From an uncultured Candidatus Bathyarchaeia archaeon (GTDB lineage Archaea; Thermoproteota; Bathyarchaeia; 40CM-2-53-6; CAVXDP01), in the NCBI GenBank assembly GCA_964562925.1, contig CAZLVF010000002.1, positions 29,181-86,260 on the forward strand: 57,080 nt of DNA, read 5' to 3'. Shown here in pieces: positions 8,080 to 15,832 of this stretch (position 1 is the first letter of the stretch; each line of letters starts with the position of its first letter). The position numbers and the translations under genes are program-made. The notes under the pieces are model-generated. The model had not been told where the DNA came from. It ran no database searches and saw only the letters and a list, made by a program, of their open reading frames with translations.

Positions 8080-9633
8080 GTGTTCTACGTCAGTATGTCT
8101 AAAGACGCTATGTCTAAAGTTATCGATCACGCAAAAAGCACGCCCGAGAAAGAGGTAATAGGAGTTTTGACGGGGAGGATGGATAATCAGACCTTGATCG
8201 TTGAAGACGCTGTGAGTGGCGAGACGGTAAGGAGCGAGAAAAATGTGGTAATGCCAGGAGAAACTCTGGCAAAGATCGCGGACGATATCATAAATAGGAG
8301 GACTAAGGGAAACATAATCGGCTGGTATCATTCACATCCGGGTTATGGAGTATTCATGTCCGAAGTGGACAAGGAGACACAGTCCAAGTTGCAGCAGTTC
8401 TCTCCATATATTGTTGCACTTGTATCCGATCCGTCAACTGGAGAGTTCAAGTTTTTTACTCACGATGAAAAGTCCAAGTCTACCGAGACCCTAACCCACG
8501 ACCGAGTTCACTTCTACGGCCCTGGAGAAAAATCTGTGCCAGAAAGTTTCAGGAAGACAAAGACTGCGCCAAGGTTACCAGCGACACCTCCACCTTCAAT
8601 AGCTCCGCCTCAAAGGCCACCACTAACGAGAAGACAGGTCTACGCCTTGGTCACAGCGATGGTTCTTATTGCAGCAATAGTGACAGGTGCCCTACTCATG
8701 GTGACTATTTCTGGCCCTATCTCGCCGCTAAGAATGGATCACGGGCCTGTCACAAGCGGGACCATCGGCAATGATATCAAACTGATAGCTAATGTGAGCG
8801 GACCGGTTATGGAGGTTCTAGTCTACTACAAGCTTTCGAAAGACGCTACGTGGAAAAGTGATAATATGCTCCTGATCTCCGGCATGCGTGACACATATTC
8901 CTATACGATTCGTGGAAATGATGTAACCGGGAATCTAGACTACTATATAACAGCATCCGACAGCGCGGGCAATGAGATTTCAATTCCCACCAGTACGATC
9001 GTAATCCGGGACTTTGACGTTGACATATCTGAAAGCCAACTAACGATATATGTTGGACAGACGAAGACTACCACCGTGACAGTGAAATCAATAAACGACT
9101 TCGGTTTGCCTGTCTCTCTTAGCGCTCCTAACAGACCGCCCGGAGTCGCAAGCGTATCATTCACCCCCCCGCAGGTTGCGCCTCCGAAAAGCGGCGAAGC
9201 CACATCCACGATGAAGGTGACGCTAGTCCCGTCAGCCGAGACAGGCGAATATGAGATGGAGGTTCAAGCGAAGTATGGTCAGGTAACAAGAACTATATCC
9301 GTAACCATTCTTGTATCAGGCTTCGAGATATCAGTGTCGCCATTGTCTGTAACGATCCAGAAAGGAAAGACGGCCACATACACGGTTACGTTGGACATAA
9401 AGAAGGGTTTCACAGATACAGTCTCACTCGATGTTACAGGGCTTCCATCAAAAGGAATTGAACAAACAAGGATTCTCGTTATTAACAAGAAGATAGCTGC
9501 GCAGGGAACTACGACGCTTACAATGGAGATAGTAACAAGATCCGACGTACCCGCGGGGACTTATAACCTCAAGATAGTTGCATCCGGCGGAGAGTTGACA
9601 CAGGAGGAAAGAGTTACTTTAATTATTCAATAG
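8080..9633 (+). CDS. JAMM/MPN+ metalloisopeptidase (Rpn11-like deubiquitinase/Ub-precursor protease) fused to a TM helix and a ~300-aa extracellular beta-sandwich (Ig/CARDB-like) region
   Basis: 517 aa. The N-terminus carries EVIGVLTGR...GWYHSHPGYGVFMSEVD, which contains the JAMM motif E-x(n)-HxH-x7-S-xxD. A Pro-rich linker and a positive-inside TM helix (VYALVTAMVLIAAIVTGALLMVTI) follow. Repeated Thr/Val-rich beta-strand modules make up the rest (TYTVTLDI, TTTLTMEIV, YNLKIVASG). Confidence 0.8.
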   Translation: MFYVSMSKDAMSKVIDHAKSTPEKEVIGVLTGRMDNQTLIVEDAVSGETVRSEKNVVMPGETLAKIADDIINRRTKGNIIGWYHSHPGYGVFMSEVDKETQSKLQQFSPYIVALVSDPSTGEFKFFTHDEKSKSTETLTHDRVHFYGPGEKSVPESFRKTKTAPRLPATPPPSIAPPQRPPLTRRQVYALVTAMVLIAAIVTGALLMVTISGPISPLRMDHGPVTSGTIGNDIKLIANVSGPVMEVLVYYKLSKDATWKSDNMLLISGMRDTYSYTIRGNDVTGNLDYYITASDSAGNEISIPTSTIVIRDFDVDISESQLTIYVGQTKTTTVTVKSINDFGLPVSLSAPNRPPGVASVSFTPPQVAPPKSGEATSTMKVTLVPSAETGEYEMEVQAKYGQVTRTISVTILVSGFEISVSPLSVTIQKGKTATYTVTLDIKKGFTDTVSLDVTGLPSKGIEQTRILVINKKIAAQGTTTLTMEIVTRSDVPAGTYNLKIVASGGELTQEERVTLIIQ

Positions 9634-9668
9634 ATAGTTAACTAGGCCAATGGAGGTTGTCGAAAGAG

Positions 9669-9920
9669 ATGAAACTCTTTGTACAGGCGCCCGTAGGTCC
9701 ACAGACAGGGTTGGCTGAGATAGAGGTCATACCAGATCATACGATCGGCGAAGTGAAACAGCAGGTCTGCACTTCATTCGGCGTTGATCCAACGACGGTA
9801 TCCCTGATGTATGGTGGAGTCGTCCTCGACGAGAGTATGACAATTTCAAGAGCAGGCATACCGGAGAACGCGCAGCTTGCACTCATGCCATACAATATCA
9901 TCGGCGGTCAGATGGTGTGA
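9669..9920 (+). CDS. Ubiquitin-like beta-grasp modifier precursor (GG followed by a 3-residue C-terminal extension)
   Basis: 83 aa from the ATG at 9669; the ORF track starts at a TTG at 9657. The sequence MKLFVQAPVGPQTGLAEIEVIPDHTIGEVKQQV...NIIGGQMV aligns with ubiquitin (MQIFVKTLTGKTITLEV...LRLRGG). GGAGG lies 12 nt upstream. Confidence 0.75.
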   Translation: MKLFVQAPVGPQTGLAEIEVIPDHTIGEVKQQVCTSFGVDPTTVSLMYGGVVLDESMTISRAGIPENAQLALMPYNIIGGQMV

Positions 9921-10507
9921 ATCTACCGCTCCTCTATGAAGAAAGAAGATTTGTAAACCACCAGTTCCCGATGGTTACCCCCCTCGCCGACCCTCCAACC
10001 CTATATGAGGGACTCCTCCGCTGCGAGAAAGGCCGAGTGAAAGACCTAGCTGAGAAGAAGATCTGGCCGTTCACTGAATATGTGAACTGGCACCGTTTCA
10101 GGCTTGAACTTTTGAATGAGTATCCGCTGAAACCGCCGGCCGTTACTTGGCTCACCGAGGTCTCTCATCCGAACATCGTTCCAAATATTCCTGGAGCTGT
10201 ATGCGTCTCGGTTCTGGGAGAGGCTTGGCGCCCGGATCTGAAGCTTATCTCGGTCATAAACTCACTCTACTATCTTCTATCGGACCCAAACCCCGACAAC
10301 GTCTTCGACCATCCGAAGTGTATAGAAGCTGCAAAGGTCTGTAGAAGTCACGGCTTCCCAGATAGAGGGATGCGAAAGAAGACTCCGGAGCCCGAGGATA
10401 TAATGAGGTTCAACATTATCCCGATCCCTGGTTCAGCTGCTGCCTCACCAGATACTCTCCTCACTTTTAGGATACCCGGTCGAATGCGCCAAGAGGCAAC
10501 TCGATGA
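9917..10507 (+). CDS. Ubiquitin-conjugating enzyme E2 (UBC fold)
   Basis: 196 aa. The HPN motif and catalytic Cys are present (VSHPNIVPNIPGAVCVSVLGEAWRPDLKLISVINSLYYLLSDPNPDN). The GTG start overlaps the Ub stop by 4 nt. Confidence 0.75.
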   Translation: MNLPLLYEERRFVNHQFPMVTPLADPPTLYEGLLRCEKGRVKDLAEKKIWPFTEYVNWHRFRLELLNEYPLKPPAVTWLTEVSHPNIVPNIPGAVCVSVLGEAWRPDLKLISVINSLYYLLSDPNPDNVFDHPKCIEAAKVCRSHGFPDRGMRKKTPEPEDIMRFNIIPIPGSAAASPDTLLTFRIPGRMRQEATR

Positions 10508-11757
10508 AGGTTACGGCGGAGATCCCGCAGTATAAAGAAGTTGAAGTCAAAGCCTCCAAGAATATGAAGGTGCGGAACCTAAAGAGAGAGATATGTAAAA
10601 AGCTCGGGATCAATGAACAGCTTACGTCTCTGCTTCTACAGGGCAGGCCACTTCGAGAGAACAGCACTATCAAAGAGATCGGTCTTCAATCTAGAAAGCT
10701 AACTGTAGACTATATGTGGGCTAGGCAGCTGCTCCTTTGGGGTAGCAATGGCCAGACAGCGATCGAGAACGCGCAGGTCTTTCTTGCGGGCGCAGGCGCT
10801 ATAGGAAACGAGGTTGCAAAGAACCTTGCCATGCTAGGTGTTCAAAGACTTGTGATCGTTGATTATGATCTTGTTGAAACCTCAAACCTCAGCCGAACCG
10901 TTTTTTATGAGAAGAGCGATGTTGGGAAAGCGAAGGCGGAGGTTCTGTCAAGAAAGCTGAAGAGGAACTATCCGTACGTTCATCCAACTTTCCACCGCTG
11001 TAGAGTCGAGGGCGTCCCAGCTCAAGTGTATTTGAACTCTGATGTTATTGTATCAGGTCTTGACAACGTTCCATCAAGGATGCATCTCGCCTCAATCTCC
11101 CGGAGATATCAGATCCCCATGGTAGACGCTGGAGCAATAGGCTACGAGGCCAGAGTCCAAGCGTATGTTCCACCTGAGGATCCCTGTCCGATATGTCCTC
11201 TCCCTCCGGGAAACTATGGGCAGATGGCAGGTCTCAGAAACCCCTGTACCGCACCCCTAGAAGAGATGAGGATCCCTTCTCTGCCTACATCGATGTCTCT
11301 GGTATCGTCGATACAGACTCAGGAGGTAGTGAAGATAATATTGGGATACAAGACCTTCCTAAAGGAGAAGAGGTGGCCATCAGAAATAGGAGAGCCTCTA
11401 AAGGGGGCGCTTCTAGTTGATCTAAGGTTCAACAGATACTCTAGGGTTGAACTGAATAGGAATCCAAGATGTATGGTATGTGGAAAAGACGGCGTTGCAA
11501 AGAATATTGTAAGCCGATATGAAGTTTCACTTTCAAAGACTGGAAACTCGACGTCTAGACTCCAGAAAAGAGTTAGCGAACTCTTAGATGCCAAACCGAC
11601 AGAGATGCTAATGTTCAAGGAGGACAAAAAGAAACTCGTACCAGTTGAGGTTGGGAAAGAATTAACTGAGTATGATCTAGAGAAAGGAAAATTTGTTCAC
11701 ATAGTGATGAAGACGGCTGACGACAAGTATTCTGAGGCTGTTGTCAAACTCAAGTGA
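10504..11757 (+). CDS. Ubiquitin-activating enzyme E1-like (ThiF/MoeB/UBA fold) with an N-terminal ubiquitin-like domain and a C-terminal ubiquitin-fold domain
   Basis: 417 aa. The Rossmann GxGxxG motif is FLAGAGAIGNEVAKNLAMLGV. Zn-binding pairs are CPICP and CMVCG. The N-terminal 70 aa and C-terminal 90 aa have a beta-grasp-like pattern. The ATGA start overlaps the E2 stop. Confidence 0.8.
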   Translation: MKVTAEIPQYKEVEVKASKNMKVRNLKREICKKLGINEQLTSLLLQGRPLRENSTIKEIGLQSRKLTVDYMWARQLLLWGSNGQTAIENAQVFLAGAGAIGNEVAKNLAMLGVQRLVIVDYDLVETSNLSRTVFYEKSDVGKAKAEVLSRKLKRNYPYVHPTFHRCRVEGVPAQVYLNSDVIVSGLDNVPSRMHLASISRRYQIPMVDAGAIGYEARVQAYVPPEDPCPICPLPPGNYGQMAGLRNPCTAPLEEMRIPSLPTSMSLVSSIQTQEVVKIILGYKTFLKEKRWPSEIGEPLKGALLVDLRFNRYSRVELNRNPRCMVCGKDGVAKNIVSRYEVSLSKTGNSTSRLQKRVSELLDAKPTEMLMFKEDKKKLVPVEVGKELTEYDLEKGKFVHIVMKTADDKYSEAVVKLK

Positions 11758-11825
11758 CCTACTGTTCCAAAAGTCGATCATACCAATTCTCAGATACGAC
11801 TTCTCGAAGGCTTGATAATCTCAGG

Positions 11826-13937
11826 CTATTCAAGCCTTCCCGCTTTTTTCAACCTCTCAGTGGATGCCTTAACCTCTTCAGGCGTAATCCCTAGTTCGCT
11901 TGCGGCCTTTTTCAGAGATATCACGCCAGAATGTTCAAGTATGTAGGAGTAGACTCTTTCGTCCAAATCCGATGCCTCTGGCGATCTTCTTGAGCCGCAT
12001 CTCTGACAGAAGTTCTCAGATTCAGAGATCGGCGCACCGCAGCTTGCGCATCGGCCAACGTGGTCTATCACAACTTCCCCGACTACCGGTTTGGTTCGTG
12101 GCGGGCGGGAAACTCGGCGTCTAAGTCTTGTGCTAAACCATGCAAAAGGATCAAGCCCGAGCTTAAACTTCATAAGACCAATGATGCTCAGAAGAGATAT
12201 TCCAATAATAGTTGCTACGATGCCACCTAGGAAAAGTGGACTGAGAACCGTCACGGTGGCATTTGCACGGTCTTCTTCGTAACGTAGATCGCCAGAGTAG
12301 ACAACCTCAACTTTCACCGTGTCAGCAGAAATTACTTCGAATGAGATTGACGCTATCCCTTCGTTATCTGTCACGAGTTCTTGATTTATCCTTCTGCTGC
12401 CGGCTGCTACTGTGAAGTCCAATGTTGCGCTTTCAATCGGGTTCCCGGACAAGTCTTTAAGCATGGCTTTGACCACAAGGTTGTCTCCTTGAATGACAAA
12501 GCCTTGCGCGAAGAGCGTCAATGTTGTGCGAATGCCTTCGATAGGAAGTGTTCCAGACCATTCGGCACCTTCAAAATTTCTTTCTCCTACATACGTGATC
12601 CTCAGTTGAACTGATCCCTTTCTTCCCGGCACGTATTGCATAGAGGCAAAACCGTCCTCGTTTGTCAAGGAGCTTCCGAGCTTCTCATTGTCAGCATAGA
12701 ACTCGACCACTTGTCCCGGCACGGGGTTGCCCATCTCATCAGATAGTTGAGCCGTGATGTTCAGACTTTGCCCAACAACGGTTGTTTCTGGGATACTTGA
12801 TGAAAGCTTAGTCGGGATAGGGAGGATTCTGATTCTCGTCGTTGTGGTTGCGGAATCATAGGTAGCAGACCCTTCGTAAAGGGCTTTCACTTGATATTCG
12901 CCCACATTCAAGGTTCCAGAATATGCCAGCTTTGCTTGGCCCGACGAGTCAGTCAAGCCTGTTCCGATCTCTGTTTGCTCAGATCCGGCTAGGATGTAAA
13001 ACCTTACAGGTTGGTCTGGTAGAGGGTCTCCGTTCGCATCAACCAGCGTCACAGCCGCCTCGATAGGATATCTGTACTTTACTGTTTCTGGAACGTCGAG
13101 TTTGAGGTTGGCCCCAAGCTTGGTGACAGTAAGGGTTATAGAAGCTTTCTCTACGTGAGAGGTTCCCCTGAAATCTGAATATGATATTTCAAACGTGAGT
13201 ACATGCGGCCCCATAGAAGCAGTTGAAGGAACAGACACAGAGAAATCTGTTCGTGCGGTCTCGCTTGGGGATACATCGCCAATAGTCTGCGTCCACGGGT
13301 TAACAATCAATCCGGAAGAGTCTACTAGTGAGACAGAAGCTGAATACATTCTGTCGTTTCCACCATTCTGGAATGAGATAGTGAGCGTCGAAGGTTTCCT
13401 TGCGCCGAGTTGAACGGTTGAGATCGACTGATACCAGCCTGCAACGTACAATTTTACGACGAGAACCCTGAACTCCCTAACATCCTCTAGAACCACTGTC
13501 GTCTGATTCTTCCAGTACAGCTCGGCGCGCATGAGATACTCGTCCGGCCCCCTCAAGTTCGCAACGACGATCTCGTGCCAGGTCGAACGTCCAGGCCTAC
13601 ACTCCCACGGCGAAGAGAACTCGTCGACAACGATAACTCCGTCGCCGTACACCTTGAAGAAGAAGAGTGACGCGCCCGACGGATCTCTCCGCTCTAGGTT
13701 CAACACCGTGAAATTGAGGTTTTCCGTATCTCCGTCATAGATCTTCGCGACATAAATCGTCTCTAGAATTCTAGCTCCCAATGCTCCCTGGGCTTCGATA
13801 TGAAGCGGGTTGGTAAAAAAGAACGGTCCCGCCATGAGAGCTAATAGAAAGCAGAATATGAGGCAGTCACGCCCTATCTTCGTAGACTTTCCCTCTACTC
13901 CACAAGTTAACGTATGACTCACTCTTGAAGTCGGCAT
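11826..13937 (-). CDS. Receptor-like single-pass (type I-like) membrane protein: signal anchor, ~520-aa extracellular Ig-like/CARDB-like repeats, a TM helix and a cytoplasmic zinc ribbon plus winged-helix domain
   Basis: 703 aa. The N-terminal hydrophobic anchor is LIFCFLLALMAGPFFF. The second TM is LFLGGIVATIIGISLLSIIGLMKF, followed by RLRRRVSRPPRTK, CASCGAPISESENFCQRCG and a wHTH-like tail (YSYILEHSGVISLKKAASELGITPEEVKASTERLKKAGRLE). It is convergent with the E1 gene. Confidence 0.6.
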   Translation of the reverse strand: MPTSRVSHTLTCGVEGKSTKIGRDCLIFCFLLALMAGPFFFTNPLHIEAQGALGARILETIYVAKIYDGDTENLNFTVLNLERRDPSGASLFFFKVYGDGVIVVDEFSSPWECRPGRSTWHEIVVANLRGPDEYLMRAELYWKNQTTVVLEDVREFRVLVVKLYVAGWYQSISTVQLGARKPSTLTISFQNGGNDRMYSASVSLVDSSGLIVNPWTQTIGDVSPSETARTDFSVSVPSTASMGPHVLTFEISYSDFRGTSHVEKASITLTVTKLGANLKLDVPETVKYRYPIEAAVTLVDANGDPLPDQPVRFYILAGSEQTEIGTGLTDSSGQAKLAYSGTLNVGEYQVKALYEGSATYDSATTTTRIRILPIPTKLSSSIPETTVVGQSLNITAQLSDEMGNPVPGQVVEFYADNEKLGSSLTNEDGFASMQYVPGRKGSVQLRITYVGERNFEGAEWSGTLPIEGIRTTLTLFAQGFVIQGDNLVVKAMLKDLSGNPIESATLDFTVAAGSRRINQELVTDNEGIASISFEVISADTVKVEVVYSGDLRYEEDRANATVTVLSPLFLGGIVATIIGISLLSIIGLMKFKLGLDPFAWFSTRLRRRVSRPPRTKPVVGEVVIDHVGRCASCGAPISESENFCQRCGSRRSPEASDLDERVYSYILEHSGVISLKKAASELGITPEEVKASTERLKKAGRLE

Positions 13938-14404
13938 CTCGAAATATATTGCTATCTCCTACAATAATCATGTCAGAACTGTCATGTCGAAACTATGGAA
14001 GCCAACCGTCAGAAACTGAAATGTACTATGTGAAACGTTTCTGGTCAAGAAATTCACATTATTCAATAGTGAGATGGACTTAGAGTTGGGCTGGCATCAG
14101 CCTATAAACCAACAGGATCTCATACGTCTCTGACTCTAATGGAACATCTCCAAGACGATAAATGAGTCGTTAGTGATCGAGGCCATGGAGATCTTAGTTC
14201 ACCGCACTTTGGCGAAATGAAAACTCTCATTTATTCCATCTATTTACAGCGGACACAAGCTACCGAGTGTGCTTATGATCAAAGCTCCCAGAGGGACATG
14301 ACTTAAAGGGCTGCGACATGGATAGAAGGATATTCTACGGCGATGCGAACAGGGAAAGCGGTTTCCTCAGGTATGATTCTTTATTGCGTCAAGAGTGAAC
14401 GATT

Positions 14405-14692
14405 ATGGGAATGACCAGTTACTACAAGGGAAGAGCCCGAGAGTATCGTGTCCTCCAGGCGCTTCGCCGCGATGGTTGGTTCTGCACTAGAAGCGCCGCC
14501 TCACATGGCCCTGTCGACATATTTGCGGGAAAAGATGGTCGAACCTTAATGATACAGGTGAAGAGCGGCAGGGGTAGAATCGCTGAGGAGGATAGAAAAA
14601 CGCTAATTGAATGGGCGAAAGCGTTCAATGGAATAGCTCAAGTATGGTGGTTTAGAAAGGGACGAATGCCCGAGATAGAAACCATCGCCTAG
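14405..14692 (+). CDS. hjc: Holliday-junction resolvase Hjc-like PD-(D/E)xK nuclease, short form
   Basis: 95 aa. It aligns with Pyrococcus Hjc ([47 protein letters not shown]) through EYRVLQALRRDGWFCTRSAASHGPVDIFAGKDGRTLMIQVKS. The catalytic E, D and EVK-equivalent (QVK) positions are present. Confidence 0.65.
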   Translation: MGMTSYYKGRAREYRVLQALRRDGWFCTRSAASHGPVDIFAGKDGRTLMIQVKSGRGRIAEEDRKTLIEWAKAFNGIAQVWWFRKGRMPEIETIA

Positions 14693-15080
14693 TGTGACGG
14701 AGCTCGAAAACGTGTTAGGAAAAACTTATGCCTCATGAGCATGATTCTGTGCACTTGTGAGAAGAGAGCTACATCTTCTGTTGCAAGCAGCAAGATAACC
14801 CCTCGCTTCTTAGCCACGGTTAGTATGAGACATTGTTGATGGTGGTATCACTGCAAAAGAAGACAACTTTGCTTGAACCACTTGAAGTCAAGCATGCGAT
14901 CCGAAACAGTCGGAGCGTACGGACCCGGGATCGGTATCAAGAGCTACAGAATAGTCAGAGAACCTGCGAACGTTCAAATCTACTTGAGATTTGATCTGAC
15001 TGGGATAGATTGCTAGCTTTTGGTATCATCTAGTATCGTTTACTTTCATTATTCTCTGTTGCTTATGGCCGCAGCTTCAC

Positions 15081-15293
15081 ATGATATTCTACCTGATGTC
15101 TTGTACGGTGACATGTGTGATGTTAGAAGGGAAGACCAGAATCATACTTCCGCCCAGGGGTGGAAAAACAGGTATCTTGTATATTCCTGCTGACATCGTG
15201 AAAGACTCCTCTTTTCCATTTCAAGCTAACGAAAGGGTGCTTGTTCGAATAGTGGGGAAGAAGCTAGTAGTGGAGAGGGAGGGTGAGGGTTGA
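15081..15293 (+). CDS. Small hypothetical protein upstream of the crenactin cluster (possibly an AbrB/swapped-hairpin-like fold)
   Basis: 70 aa from the ORF track only; the call rests on its position. The sequence includes TRIILPPRGGKTGILYIPADIV. Confidence 0.2.
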   Translation: MIFYLMSCTVTCVMLEGKTRIILPPRGGKTGILYIPADIVKDSSFPFQANERVLVRIVGKKLVVEREGEG

Positions 15294-15832
15294 AGAGGAT
15301 AAGAAGAATTTCAGGGCAGGTAGCGTGGCGAGCGAGAAAAGTTGGAAATCTCCGTCAGGACTATTGGAAGAGGCTCCTTGCGGATATCGGCAAGCTGGCA
15401 GTCTTTCGTGGGACGAAAGGAGGTTATTACCGTTTCTCGGGCGGCAGGTTGTATCTGATAGGAAACCCGATCGATAATGATGGCTATACCACGTTTACGG
15501 TGGGGTTTAAGGGGTCAAAACCCTCTTTTGTTGACCTCCTCCTTCAGGCGTCAACTGGAGACTTTGAGATATGTGACATCTCATTCTTCTTGAGAGATCA
15601 GATGATTGACTTCGAGAACCTACTGAAGAATCTAAGATTCCGTTGTAACGATCTTAGGGAAGAGGCTAATGGAAATTTCTCCGCAAAAATAGCAGACGAC
15701 CTCAAAGTAGCTCGACTCTCCGGCTATCCAAACATGAATATCATCAAAATATCAAGATCGTTTACGAGGAGAGGCTTGGAACCAAGTCGATTCCTTGATA
15801 GATTTATCGAGATGAACTTGAATGGGAAATGA
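15290..15832 (+). CDS. Hypothetical protein immediately upstream of and overlapping the crenactin start (occupies the arcadin-1 position)
   Basis: 180 aa. It has an ATGA overlap with the upstream ORF and an 11-nt overlap with crenactin, which suggests translational coupling. No recognisable motif was found. Confidence 0.4.
   Translation: MKRIRRISGQVAWRARKVGNLRQDYWKRLLADIGKLAVFRGTKGGYYRFSGGRLYLIGNPIDNDGYTTFTVGFKGSKPSFVDLLLQASTGDFEICDISFFLRDQMIDFENLLKNLRFRCNDLREEANGNFSAKIADDLKVARLSGYPNMNIIKISRSFTRRGLEPSRFLDRFIEMNLNGK

Noticed and set aside
11826-11850. T6 run (CTTTTTTC) just downstream of the E1 stop as a terminator for the Ub operon
   Set aside because: It lies inside the coding 3' end of the convergent receptor-like gene. 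It could still act as a terminator, but it cannot be distinguished from coding sequence without transcript data.
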